A stretch of 64,000 nucleotides of DNA from Candidatus Latescibacterota bacterium (GTDB lineage Bacteria; Latescibacterota; UBA2968; GCA-2709665), in NCBI GenBank assembly GCA_965237675.1, contig OZ250150.1, forward strand, positions 1,216,001 through 1,280,000, given 5' to 3'. Under the pieces are notes generated by a model that worked only from the letters and a program-made list of their open reading frames with translations, had not been told where the DNA came from and did not search any database. The position numbers and the translations under genes are program-made. Shown here piece after piece: positions 41,331-50,782 of the stretch. Numbering within the stretch: the first letter of the stretch is position 1; each line of letters begins with the position of its first letter.

Positions 41331-41359
41331 ATGACAGGACTAGTCTGACTAGTTATATT
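41331..41359 (+). promoter_or_regulatory. Promoter with palindromic operator for phd (probably leaderless mRNA)
   Basis: ATGACA-N17-TATATT enclosing ACTAGTC-T-GACTAGT; ATG 6 nt after the -10 box, no RBS. Confidence 0.6.
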
Positions 41360-41365
41360 CACGCC

Positions 41366-41644
41366 ATGACACTGATCTACTCAACCTACGAAGCAAAAGC
41401 GCGGTTTTCGGAGGTCATCCGGCACGTGCGGAAAGGCAAGACCGTCACGGTTTCTTATCGAGGAGAGCCCGTGGCTGAGATCCGCGCGATCCAGCGTCAC
41501 CGGCAGCAGACGATCGAAGAGCGACTGGATGATCTCCAACGACGCGGGGTCTTGGTGCGATCGGGAGCGCCTGAGCAGACGCTTCAGCCAGTGGCGCGTC
41601 GGCCGGGAGCCCTGGCGCGTTTCCTGGCTGAGCGTGGCGATTGA
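41366..41644 (+). CDS. Phd/YefM (prevent-host-death) antitoxin
   Basis: YSTYEAKARFSEVIR.V..G..V.VSYRGEPVAEI. Confidence 0.9.
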   Translation: MTLIYSTYEAKARFSEVIRHVRKGKTVTVSYRGEPVAEIRAIQRHRQQTIEERLDDLQRRGVLVRSGAPEQTLQPVARRPGALARFLAERGD

Positions 41645-41797
41645 GCGTCGCATACGTCGATACGTCGGTGTTGGCCACCATCGCCTTCGACGAACAGAAC
41701 CCCGGGCCAACTCTTGTTCCTCACGCTTGACGACCGACAGAGCGCTGTGGCCACCGCGCTCGGCTTTGTCACTCCGGAGGGACTGTATTCGCCATGA
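41641..41797 (+). pseudogene. PIN/VapC toxin with the central region deleted
   Basis: N-terminus LSVAYVDTSVLATIAFDE joined out of frame to C-terminus FLTLDDRQSAVATALGF. Confidence 0.8.
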
Positions 41798-41842
41798 GGC
41801 TCGCGGTTTCAATAACCTCTTTCCAGTACGCCACTGACCCGG

Positions 41843-41877
41843 GAACTGGCCTGTATCGTGGAAGCCAGTTCTTTTTT
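41843..41877 (+). terminator. Terminator-like hairpin homologous to 32032-32066
   Basis: GAACTGGC...GCCAGTTC plus T6. Confidence 0.65.
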
Positions 41878-42074
41878 CTTGCCCATTTGCATAATATTAT
41901 TAGTGAATTGAAGCAACAGCGCTAACAAGGTTGACTCTTATTTTCCTATGTGCAGACAAGGTACGGTCGTGACATCCGGCACTAATGGGCGACGCCGACC
42001 CCACGGCCGATATTCGACAGACCGAGCGCTCATCATCTGGATTCAGGCGAAGTCGACTGGGCGGGGATGAAAGA

Positions 42075-42115
42075 TTGACATCTCCAATGAGGATGTGTAT
42101 TATTTATACACATCC
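42075..42115 (+). promoter_or_regulatory. sigma70 promoter with operator for the RHH-VapC operon
   Basis: TTGACA-N17-TATTAT; perfect inverted repeat GGATGTGTAT-N5-ATACACATCC over the -10 box. Confidence 0.8.
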
Positions 42116-42139
42116 CGCCGTGAACCAGGAGGTGCACAA

Positions 42140-42415
42140 ATGGCTAGAATTCAACTGGTGTTATCCGACGAGGACCGCGACCGCTTCGTTCATCAGGCGC
42201 GAAGAGAGGGTAAGACCTTAAGCGAGTGGCTGAGAACCGCAGCCCGCCGCCGGCTGGAGGAACAGCAACGGTCCCATCCCTTCGAGTCGCCGGCGGACCT
42301 CGAGGCGTTCTTTCGCGCGTGCGACGCGTTGGATGGTCCCGCGCGAGAACCTGAATGGGATGAGCACCTGGCGGTCATCGAGGAATCCCGCAGAAGGGGT
42401 ATATCCAGCACATGA
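42140..42415 (+). CDS. Ribbon-helix-helix (CopG-like) antitoxin
   Basis: MARIQLVLSDED...AR.EGKTLSEWLR; AGGAGG RBS; coupled to vapC. Confidence 0.85.
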   Translation: MARIQLVLSDEDRDRFVHQARREGKTLSEWLRTAARRRLEEQQRSHPFESPADLEAFFRACDALDGPAREPEWDEHLAVIEESRRRGISST

Positions 42416-42804
42416 TCTTTGTCGACACAAATGTCTTCATGTACGCAGTTGGCATGCCGCATCCGCTCCGGGATACCGCCCGGGGCTTTTTCAACGAGTG
42501 CACTCGAAACCGCACGCCTCTGTGCACGTCGGCGGAAGTGCTGCAGGAGCTGGCGCACGCTTACCTTCCGGTGGCGCGGCTGCAAACGCTCGATGCGGCG
42601 CTTTCGCTGATCGCCAGATCCGGCGTGGAGGTATGGCCGCTCGAAGAAGAAGATGTCATACTGGCGCGGCAGCTCTACGAACAGCATCCCACCCTGGACG
42701 CCAGAGACCTCTGCCACCTGGCCAGCTGCCGGCGGCGCGGCGTACGCGAGGTTTGGACCTTCGATAAGGCCCTGGGTGCCGTTATCGGCGGGACAGCAGG
42801 GTGA
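42412..42804 (+). CDS. vapC: VapC/PIN-domain toxin (intact)
   Basis: IFVDTNVFMY, TSAEVLQE, RDLCHLA, TFD acidic PIN residues. Confidence 0.92.
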   Translation: MIFVDTNVFMYAVGMPHPLRDTARGFFNECTRNRTPLCTSAEVLQELAHAYLPVARLQTLDAALSLIARSGVEVWPLEEEDVILARQLYEQHPTLDARDLCHLASCRRRGVREVWTFDKALGAVIGGTAG

Positions 42805-43020
42805 GAAGGCGCAGTCGGAAAGATATCCTGCAGACCGAAAACCGGCGTTAATCCTGCGATCGTTTGACCCATTTTCCAGACGATATGTCCGGCTCATCAC
42901 AAACTGGGTGTTCCGGATTTGCACACCGAATCACCCCGCAGTCCAAAGCCAGGGGCGGACACCGCATTGTAATCGCCACCAATTTTGAGATAACCCGAAC
43001 CGGAAATTACAAGAGCCGCG

Positions 43021-44385
43021 ATGTCAAATCTAAAGCGTGTTGAATCGTGTTCCCTCGACCGCATTGAGAGGATGAGAAACCTGGTCACGGGGGAGATCAA
43101 GAAGATCGAAGGCCAGTTGGCCGAGGAAGAACGAAAAATCGACCTGATGGCCAGAAGTGCGGACACGGTCGCCCTGAGCAAGCGGCACGGCCATTACGAA
43201 CTGAACCTGGATACGGCCGAATCGCGGATTTCGACGTTGAACGAGGAAAAACAGGAATTGGAGGACAAGGCCCGGATCATCGAGCAGGCCTTCCAGAAGA
43301 AACACCTGATGGATAGGCAGGCCAGCGTATTGGGCAGCGCCTGGCGCGTGAACGTCAAGGACATAATCATCTTTCTTCTCATTCTTTTCCTGATCTCGAT
43401 CCTTGTCGTCGACCTGCTCGGCATCGGTACCAGCGGCGGCGGAGCAGTCGCAAAGGCGGAAGTAGAAAAGGGAAAGATCCGTAAGATTGTCATTCAGAAA
43501 ATGGGCGCCGGGTATGTGCGCGTGAACATAGACATTGTGGACACGGACGGGGCCGGCGCGCTCGTTTCCGGGCATGTGGCCGGAGGAAAATTGACAGGCG
43601 CGGACGTCGTCGATGGCGGGGGAAATTACACGAAACCGGTTGTGGAGGTACATCCTCACTTCGCGGTGAGCACGTTGTGGATCTTCTGGATCATCGACGT
43701 GGTATGCTGCACCATTTTCATGGCCAACTTCTTCTTCGAGCACAAACTTGCCGCTTCCAAGAGGTGGTATTGGAAGAACAACTGGATCGACTTCATCACG
43801 TCCATCCCGCTTCCGCCGGTGCAGGTCATCGCAGCCTCCGGCAACATAGGTGTCGTGCGCCTGGGGCGTCTGCTCCGGGCCGTACGCATTTTGCGGGCGC
43901 TGAGGTTATTTCGCATCGGGCTGTTTTTCTGGCGGGGCATGGACCACCTGAGCACCACGCTGGACGTGCGGCTCCTCAAGCGGTCCCTTCTTTACGGCCT
44001 GTTATCGCTCGTGTTCGGCGCATGTGTTTTTATGGGTCTGGAACGCATGGAGTCCGGTTCGGGATTCTGGGCGAGCCTCTGGTGGAGCTTTACCACGCTT
44101 GTTACGGGTGGTTACGCAGACATCCACAATCCCGAGACCGCTTTCGGCAGAATCCTCACTGTTTTTCTGGTAATAACCGGAATGGTCCTTGTGGGTGTTT
44201 TCACAGCCACGCTGACGAGCATCCTCGTCAAGGACGAGGACTCCTTGAAAGCAGAGGAGCTCGACGAGCAGATCGGGATCGTAACGAAGATCCAGGAAGA
44301 GATAAAAACCACCAACCGGCGCCTGGACAGGCTTGAAGGAAGCGTCCGCGAAATCCGCGACGCCGTTACGGACCGGGAGCAATAG
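43021..44385 (+). CDS. 6-TM voltage-gated-like cation channel with N-terminal coiled coil and S1-S2 repeat insert
   Basis: NWIDFITSIP (S3), RLGRLLRAVRILRALRLFR (S4), WWSFTTLVTGGYAD pore, C-terminal coiled coil. Confidence 0.85.
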   Translation: MSNLKRVESCSLDRIERMRNLVTGEIKKIEGQLAEEERKIDLMARSADTVALSKRHGHYELNLDTAESRISTLNEEKQELEDKARIIEQAFQKKHLMDRQASVLGSAWRVNVKDIIIFLLILFLISILVVDLLGIGTSGGGAVAKAEVEKGKIRKIVIQKMGAGYVRVNIDIVDTDGAGALVSGHVAGGKLTGADVVDGGGNYTKPVVEVHPHFAVSTLWIFWIIDVVCCTIFMANFFFEHKLAASKRWYWKNNWIDFITSIPLPPVQVIAASGNIGVVRLGRLLRAVRILRALRLFRIGLFFWRGMDHLSTTLDVRLLKRSLLYGLLSLVFGACVFMGLERMESGSGFWASLWWSFTTLVTGGYADIHNPETAFGRILTVFLVITGMVLVGVFTATLTSILVKDEDSLKAEELDEQIGIVTKIQEEIKTTNRRLDRLEGSVREIRDAVTDREQ

Positions 44386-44541
44386 CCGATCCACGCATCT
44401 CCGCCGTCTGTCTGCTTCACGTTGGCCCCGGGAAGGGAATTCTCCGGGGCTTGTTGTATCCCTCGGCGGCCGCCTGCGCGTTTGGCCTTCCTGGAGGACG
44501 GACCATTGAACCCGGTACCCAGCAATAGAACCTGAACCGAC

Positions 44542-45819
44542 ATGTCAGTTTCCAGGAAGCACGATCCCTACGCGGCCTTCCGCATCGTCAACTACCGGCG
44601 ATACATCCTGGGCTGGTTTTTCGCCATCGCGGGCAACCAGATCCAGAGCATCGCGATCGGTTGGGAGATTTACCAACGCACCGGTCAGGCGCTCTCCCTT
44701 GGCCTGGTCGGGCTCGCCCAGGCCCTGCCCACCATCATCCTGGCCCTGCCCGCAGGTTACCTGGCGGACAGATTCGACCGCCGCCGGGTGGTCATCTTCA
44801 GCATGCTGGGCACGACCCTGACGTCGCTCGGGCTCCTGGCGCTCTCGCTTTCGGAGGGGCCGGTTCTCCTGATGTACGCCCTGCTGGCGCTGGATGCCGC
44901 GGCCACGTGCCTGGGCCGCCCGGCCAGAACAGCCCTTGTGCCCCTGCTCGTCCGGCGCGAGATCTTTCCGATTGCCGTTACCTGGAACACCAGCCTGATG
45001 CAGATGGCCGGGGTCGTCGGCCCGGCCCTGGGCGGCTTTGTCGTGATGTTCAACGTTCACTCCGCCTACGCGCTCAGTGCGGCGAGCACCCTCGTTTTCG
45101 TCGTCCTGCTCACGCGGGTGGACTTCCGTGCAGAGCCCCAAAGAGCGGAACCCGCTTCGATCGCGACCCTGCTGGCGGGCATCCGCTACGTCTGGCGCAC
45201 CCGCCTGATCCTTTCCCTGATGGCGCTGGACATGTTGGCCGTGTTGCTGGGCGGCGCCGTTTACCTGTTGCCCATCTATGCGGAGGATATTCTCCGCGTC
45301 GGCCCGCAGGGATTCGGCTGGCTTCGCGCCGCCCCGGGCGTCGGCGCCTTCTGCATGGCGCTCCTCCTGGCCTACCTGCCTCCGATGCAGCGCGCCGGCC
45401 GGAACCTCCTGCTGGCCGTGGCGGGATTTGGCGCGGCCACCATCGTCTTCGGCCTCTCTCAATCCTTCTGGCTCTCCCTGGCGATGCTTTTCCTCACCGG
45501 CGCCTTCGACAACGTCAGTATGGTCGTCCGGCACACACTCGTTCAGCTTCTCACAACCAATCGGATGCGAGGCCGCGTGCTGGCGGTCAACTACGTGTTC
45601 ATCGGCGCCTCCAATGAATTGGGCGGCCTGGAATCCGGCCTGGCGGCCCATTGGTTCGGGCCGGTCGTCTCGGTGGTCAGCGGCGGAATCGGAACCGTCC
45701 TCGTGGTTCTCGGCGCCGCAGCCGGCGTTACCGGCCTTCGACGCTTCGGCGCCCTCCACGAAGCCAGGCCGCAGGAAGAGGAGCCGGCAGTGGATGCCTC
45801 CGGGAAGGAGGGACCCTGA
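44542..45819 (+). CDS. MFS transporter (EntS/macrolide efflux-like)
   Basis: About 12 TM segments, GYLADRFDRRR motif A, MRGRV. Confidence 0.92.
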   Translation: MSVSRKHDPYAAFRIVNYRRYILGWFFAIAGNQIQSIAIGWEIYQRTGQALSLGLVGLAQALPTIILALPAGYLADRFDRRRVVIFSMLGTTLTSLGLLALSLSEGPVLLMYALLALDAAATCLGRPARTALVPLLVRREIFPIAVTWNTSLMQMAGVVGPALGGFVVMFNVHSAYALSAASTLVFVVLLTRVDFRAEPQRAEPASIATLLAGIRYVWRTRLILSLMALDMLAVLLGGAVYLLPIYAEDILRVGPQGFGWLRAAPGVGAFCMALLLAYLPPMQRAGRNLLLAVAGFGAATIVFGLSQSFWLSLAMLFLTGAFDNVSMVVRHTLVQLLTTNRMRGRVLAVNYVFIGASNELGGLESGLAAHWFGPVVSVVSGGIGTVLVVLGAAAGVTGLRRFGALHEARPQEEEPAVDASGKEGP

Positions 45820-48800
45820 GCCCGGTATTCGCGTTCCACCGTCCGGATGCGTGGTTCCGGCGGGTGTTGCCGGTTCTGTTTGCGTTCGTCGCAATCTGCA
45901 CCTCGCCCGCGCATGCGCAACGGGTCCCGCCGGACGAGTCGTGGCGCACGTTCGATACGGAACACTTCCGCGTCACCTTCTCCGGACATCTGGAGGACCT
46001 TGCGCGCCGGCTGGCCAGGCAAGCGGAGTGGGCTCACGCCCGCCTGTCCGAACGGTTCATCCCGGGACCCCGTGGGCCTATCGATCTGGTCGTCACCGAT
46101 CACACCGACGTCTCCAACGGCTACGCGACCCCATTGCCTTCGAACCGAATCGTCCTTTTCGCCCGGCCTCCAGTTGACCTCATCGCCCTTGCCTACTTCG
46201 ATGACTGGCTCCAACTTCTGATTGTCCACGAACTGACGCACATATTTCACCTCGACCGGCAGGGCCGTTACAGCGTTCGAGGGCTTTTCGGGCGGATCCC
46301 GTTCCCTGTACTCGGTTTCCCTGCAGCCACAATGCCACGGTGGGTGATCGAGGGCATCGCCACCTGGTATGAATCTGCGCTCACGGGCAAGGGCCGCGTT
46401 CTGGGAACCTACCACGACATGGTGCTGCGAACGGCGGCCCTGAAGGGCCGATTCGAGTCCATGGGCCAGGCGGGGGGATGGTCGCCGCACTGGCCCGGCG
46501 GGACCCGCGTGTACGCGTACGGATCGCTTTTTTTCGAAACCCTCATGCGGAAGTACGGTCGGGACCGGATGGCGGCTTTCGTCCAGGCGGTGGAGGGCCA
46601 GTGGATCCCCTATCGGCTTGGCGCGGCCGGAAGGAACGCCTTCGGCGCCAGCCTGTCGAGCGAGTGGACGACCTGGGCGAAAGCGTGGCGGGATTCAGTG
46701 GCGGGGCTGGATACCCGCCTCGCCCGGTTCGGTGCGGTTTCCGAGCCCGAAAGGCTGACCCATGGCGCCCGCTACGCGCGCCACCCAAAGGTGTCGCCCG
46801 TTGGTTCGGCGCTGGTCTATCTTCGCTCCGATGGCCGTTCGGATCCGAAACTGGTATCCGCCAGGCTGGATGGCGGCGGCGAATCGACCGTCGCGCGGAT
46901 ACGCGGGAACACATTCGCGTTCACACCCGGCGGCGACATCCTCGTCGACCAGTTGGAATTCTCCGGGCGCTACCGGCAATTCAGCGACATTTACCGGGTG
47001 ACGCAGGACGGCGCGGTGCAGCGGTTGACCGCCGGCGCCCGTCTGACCGCCCCGTCGGCCGGCCCCGGGGACTGGGCGGTCGCCGTCGCGGAAGGGGACG
47101 GCACCAACGGACTGGCCCGGGTCAATACCCGTACCGGCGCGGTCGAGACGCTGGTTCACCCCGAAGACGGAGTCTACTGGGCGTTTCCGGCGGTTTCACC
47201 CGATGGGCGTTGGATTGCGGCGACCCGCTGGACAGGCGGGAAACACGATATCGCCATCCTGGATGGGAGCGGCAGCCTCGTCAGCCAGGTCACCCATGAC
47301 CGCGCGCTGGACTTCGCCCCCGCATGGAGCGCCGACGGACGTTGGCTGTTGTGGTCGTCCGACCGCACCGGCATCCTGAACGTTCTCGCGGCAAGAATCG
47401 ACAGCGGACGGACCACACCCCCGGTCATGCTCACGAACGTCCGCACGGGCGCGGCGTGGCCCAGCGTGGATCCGGCGGGGCAATGGCTCTATTTCTCAGG
47501 CTACCACGTCGACGGCTGGGAGATCGAACGGATTCCGTTCGATCCGGTTGCCGCGCCGCCGGCGCCACCCTTCCGCCCTGATTCGACGCGCACCGCGGCC
47601 GGCTTGTCCGCCGCAGGGGTCGTAACCTCAGCAACCGGACCTCCCGCGCGCGCCGGTGCGCCAATACGCGCCTATTCGCCGTGGCCGACCCTCCTTCCCC
47701 GCTACTGGATCCCTATTGGGACTCTATCCTTCTCCGGGGCCGGGAACAGCACAACGCCGCGGACAACGGTGCTTGGCACGTCCGTCGGCGCCTTTACGTC
47801 GGGGGTGGACCTCGTGGGCCGGCACGCGTATAACGTCGGAGCCCGCATCTTCCTTCCAACGGGAGGATACGCGGGCGGAAGAGCGGCGGGTTTTCTGTCC
47901 TATGGGTACGCCGGACTCGGCAACCCCACGTTGGGCCTATCGCTGTCGCAGAACTGGGACGAGGAACTCGTCAGGGTGCGGGAAGAGGGCAGCGACGCCC
48001 CGGCGGACACCACGTTCATTCTTGAACGAAGTCGCCGGGCGGCCGTATCGATGACCCTGGCGCGCCCCAGGGCGTGGAGTTCGTTCTCATACACGCTTTC
48101 CGGCCGGCTGCTTCGGGAGGACCGGGAGGCGCTGGATTCCGCGCTCCAACCAGCGGATCTGTCGAAATACGACAGCCCTCACAGCACCCTGGGTGAAGTG
48201 ACGGCGCGTTTTTCGGCGTCCACCGCCAGGTCGCACGCGTTTCAGATGGGCCGGGCTGCCGGCGCGTCATTCTCCGCCCAGGCCAACCGGCGCGTCGACC
48301 TCGCCGGGGAGTCTACGGACGACCGGTCCGTCGACGCTATCTCTGGCGACTTCAGGACCTACGCGAAACTGCCGGGAGGCAGATTTGCCGCGCCCGTGCT
48401 GGCGCTTCGGGCAAGCGCGGGTGCTGCGCGGGGCCCTGACAGCGGCAGGGGCTACTTTAAGGTTGGCGGTTCCGCCCGGCGGACCTTTCCGGTGCGGGGA
48501 TACGAGAACACCCCGCGATCAGGGCGGCGGGCCTGGTCCGCGTCGCTCGAACTTCGGCTGCCTGCTTCCCTGGCAAACCGCACCCTTGGAACGCCGCTGA
48601 TCCACGTCGACCGCCTCTTTTTCACGCTCTTCGCCGACGCGGGTAACGCCTGGGGCCGTGACAATCTCAGCCAGGAATCGACACCGTCGGCACTCCTTTC
48701 CGCGGGTGCTGAGTTCGTCTACGATTTCGGTATCCTCTATCTTCCATTCCGCTTCCGCATCGGCGCGGCATACGCGTTCACCAGTCCAAAAGGCGCCGTG

Positions 48801-48830
48801 CCCTATCTCCACCTCGGCACGTCGTTTTGA
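45816..48830 (+). CDS. Outer-membrane protein: gluzincin peptidase-like domain, TolB/PD40 beta-propeller and BamA-like barrel (start uncertain: CTG 45816 or GTG 45864)
   Basis: Signal peptide AHA-Q; HELTH plus PRWVIEGIA; SPDGRWIA and WSADGRWL repeats; VRGY; terminal F. Confidence 0.8.
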   Translation: MSPVFAFHRPDAWFRRVLPVLFAFVAICTSPAHAQRVPPDESWRTFDTEHFRVTFSGHLEDLARRLARQAEWAHARLSERFIPGPRGPIDLVVTDHTDVSNGYATPLPSNRIVLFARPPVDLIALAYFDDWLQLLIVHELTHIFHLDRQGRYSVRGLFGRIPFPVLGFPAATMPRWVIEGIATWYESALTGKGRVLGTYHDMVLRTAALKGRFESMGQAGGWSPHWPGGTRVYAYGSLFFETLMRKYGRDRMAAFVQAVEGQWIPYRLGAAGRNAFGASLSSEWTTWAKAWRDSVAGLDTRLARFGAVSEPERLTHGARYARHPKVSPVGSALVYLRSDGRSDPKLVSARLDGGGESTVARIRGNTFAFTPGGDILVDQLEFSGRYRQFSDIYRVTQDGAVQRLTAGARLTAPSAGPGDWAVAVAEGDGTNGLARVNTRTGAVETLVHPEDGVYWAFPAVSPDGRWIAATRWTGGKHDIAILDGSGSLVSQVTHDRALDFAPAWSADGRWLLWSSDRTGILNVLAARIDSGRTTPPVMLTNVRTGAAWPSVDPAGQWLYFSGYHVDGWEIERIPFDPVAAPPAPPFRPDSTRTAAGLSAAGVVTSATGPPARAGAPIRAYSPWPTLLPRYWIPIGTLSFSGAGNSTTPRTTVLGTSVGAFTSGVDLVGRHAYNVGARIFLPTGGYAGGRAAGFLSYGYAGLGNPTLGLSLSQNWDEELVRVREEGSDAPADTTFILERSRRAAVSMTLARPRAWSSFSYTLSGRLLREDREALDSALQPADLSKYDSPHSTLGEVTARFSASTARSHAFQMGRAAGASFSAQANRRVDLAGESTDDRSVDAISGDFRTYAKLPGGRFAAPVLALRASAGAARGPDSGRGYFKVGGSARRTFPVRGYENTPRSGRRAWSASLELRLPASLANRTLGTPLIHVDRLFFTLFADAGNAWGRDNLSQESTPSALLSAGAEFVYDFGILYLPFRFRIGAAYAFTSPKGAVPYLHLGTSF

Positions 48831-49004
48831 GCCGATACGGACGAAACAAAACAGGCGGAACACAAAAGATCCCACGCCAAAAAAAGAGCCCCTGGAGATT
48901 CCTCCACCGGGGGTATGTTTTGCCAGTCTTGGTGTTTATTCGCCTGTGCCGTGCAGCACATTAGCTTCGGATTCTCTGCGCGGATGGTGCCCTCCGCTAG
49001 AAAA

Positions 49005-49271
49005 TCAATCGAATAAATCCGTGTGCCTTCCAGTACGTACAAAAATTAGAGTATCATCCCTCCGCTCCCAGATCAACAGCCAATCCGGTTCGAGGTGGCA
49101 TTCCCAGAAGGAAGACCAATTCCCCGACAAGCGGTGCGGTTTAAGCCGTGGCTGCAGGGGATGCCGTGACAATAGTGTCTCAACCACCTTCCAGAGCTTA
49201 CTTAGGTCTTTTCCCCGCCTCGTGGCGCGCTTCAGGTCCTTCTCGAATCGACTCGTGGTTAGTAGGCGCAC
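49005..49271 (-). CDS. yafQ: YafQ-family mRNA interferase toxin
   Basis: FEKDLKR, HRLSGNW...ECHLEPDWLLIW...RTG.H.DLF. Confidence 0.92.
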   Translation of the reverse strand: MRLLTTSRFEKDLKRATRRGKDLSKLWKVVETLLSRHPLQPRLKPHRLSGNWSSFWECHLEPDWLLIWERRDDTLIFVRTGRHTDLFD

Positions 49272-49274
49272 GGA

Positions 49275-49532
49275 TTAACCATGCTCCGCCTTGAGCGCCT
49301 CCAGGTCGGCGTATTCGTTTAGACCCACTCCCGTACCTGCTTGCCGCATTGCCTCTATGGTCTCGCTATTGGGAACCCTGACCGCGAATGGCAAACCGCC
49401 ATGCAAAGTGACTTGGGCGTAAAATAAGGTTATCGCCTCCGTCGTAGATAGCCCGATCTTGGAGAAGACCTCCTCGGCTCGGTACTTCAACTCAGGTTCC
49501 ACGCGGGCGCGTATGAATTCGGTCTTGGCCAT
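49275..49532 (-). CDS. dinJ: RelB/DinJ antitoxin
   Basis: IRARVEPELK..AE.VF..IGLS..EAI.LFY.QV....GLPF...VPN.ET. Confidence 0.92.
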   Translation of the reverse strand: MAKTEFIRARVEPELKYRAEEVFSKIGLSTTEAITLFYAQVTLHGGLPFAVRVPNSETIEAMRQAGTGVGLNEYADLEALKAEHG

Positions 49533-49657
49533 GTAGACCTCCGCTTTTTTAAAAATGTACCACAAACGGGATACAAACACAACCTCTTTTTGAACGCAGC
49601 CGGAAACCCGACCTCAAGTTTTTCATTCACGGGGGTTTGTCATATCCGTACTGATGT

Positions 49658-50782
49658 TCAGTCACCTGTGCAGGCCGATTTGTACATCCACCCGCTTTTA
49701 AATCCCTGTTGTTCTGCAATTGACATGAGAGGCTTCAAGGTTTTGTGATACACAGATTTCAATTTCTCACAATCGAGCGTTTCATCGGCCTTAATAAACA
49801 GGTCTGTAATATAGGGCTCAACTTCCTTTTCCCATTTCTTGTTGCTCAAGCTGTCCCGTGCGATGGATAGCGCGGCACGCTGGGTTTCAGCCAGGCGGTC
49901 AATGTAAATTTCAGATGGGATGTGGTCGCTCTTAAAACTATTCGCCTGGGAATCAACGGGAATGAGATTCCACAACTGATTGTGCGCTACGAATCTCCAT
50001 GGCAAAAAGTGATCCAATTCATAACCACGTCCCAGCTTCTTCCCTGAGTAAATACAACGGATATCCGTTTTATCAATAGCGATATTCCAGAAGCTTCTCT
50101 GTGCGTTGAGAGACTCCCTCTTGTCTGGCGGGAGCAATTTTCGCGTTACAGCAGGAATACCAGGATTGCGTCGCTGCATATAATCTGCCCAATGCCATAG
50201 CGCCCATCCCTCGAGAATCGATTGATGTTGTTTCAAGTAAGCGATCCAATCCGGATGCAAAAGGATACTTTTCTCGGAATTGTCGAAGCGGAAAAGAGGG
50301 CGTCGTTCATGGAAATGTTCCGCAGCGAGTTTACAAACTTCCCGGTTCACTCTATAATCTCGCATGCCTCTGGTTTCTGCAGAAAAAAAAGAGCGCAAAA
50401 TCCGGTGGGGAACATAACGCGTCAATTTGCAATCCGGTACTTTACCATGAATGGCGAGTTGTTTCCGCAATTTTTCTCGCCCGGTTTTCGACAGGGCATT
50501 TTGATCATCCTTAATGCATTTAGTCGATTCAAAAGCCGAAGCAATTTTGTCCTGCGTGCCGAATGACAATTTAAAAAAGACATGCGGATACCATGCAGTA
50601 ACCAGCATTTCAATCTCAATTTTTCTCAATGGAATACTGTCATCAGTCTCCAATTGCCTGTCCTTTACCAAAGTCATTAACGAGATGAAAAATAAATATT
50701 TGTACGAATTCGTCCTATGCGTGAACAAACTGCTCAGTGCTGCAACATCCAGTTGATCTGAATGTGGTAATTGCTGGGTCAT
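49658..50782 (-). CDS. HNH endonuclease domain protein (AT-rich, foreign composition)
   Basis: TNSYKY N-terminal motif; CIYSG...LDHFLPW...WNLIP....NS.KSD. Confidence 0.85.
   Translation of the reverse strand: MTQQLPHSDQLDVAALSSLFTHRTNSYKYLFFISLMTLVKDRQLETDDSIPLRKIEIEMLVTAWYPHVFFKLSFGTQDKIASAFESTKCIKDDQNALSKTGREKLRKQLAIHGKVPDCKLTRYVPHRILRSFFSAETRGMRDYRVNREVCKLAAEHFHERRPLFRFDNSEKSILLHPDWIAYLKQHQSILEGWALWHWADYMQRRNPGIPAVTRKLLPPDKRESLNAQRSFWNIAIDKTDIRCIYSGKKLGRGYELDHFLPWRFVAHNQLWNLIPVDSQANSFKSDHIPSEIYIDRLAETQRAALSIARDSLSNKKWEKEVEPYITDLFIKADETLDCEKLKSVYHKTLKPLMSIAEQQGFKSGWMYKSACTGD

Noticed and set aside
31364-48830. Integron cassette array (all genes co-oriented)
   Set aside because: No repeated attC sites (RYYYAAC...GTTRRRY) or IntI seen
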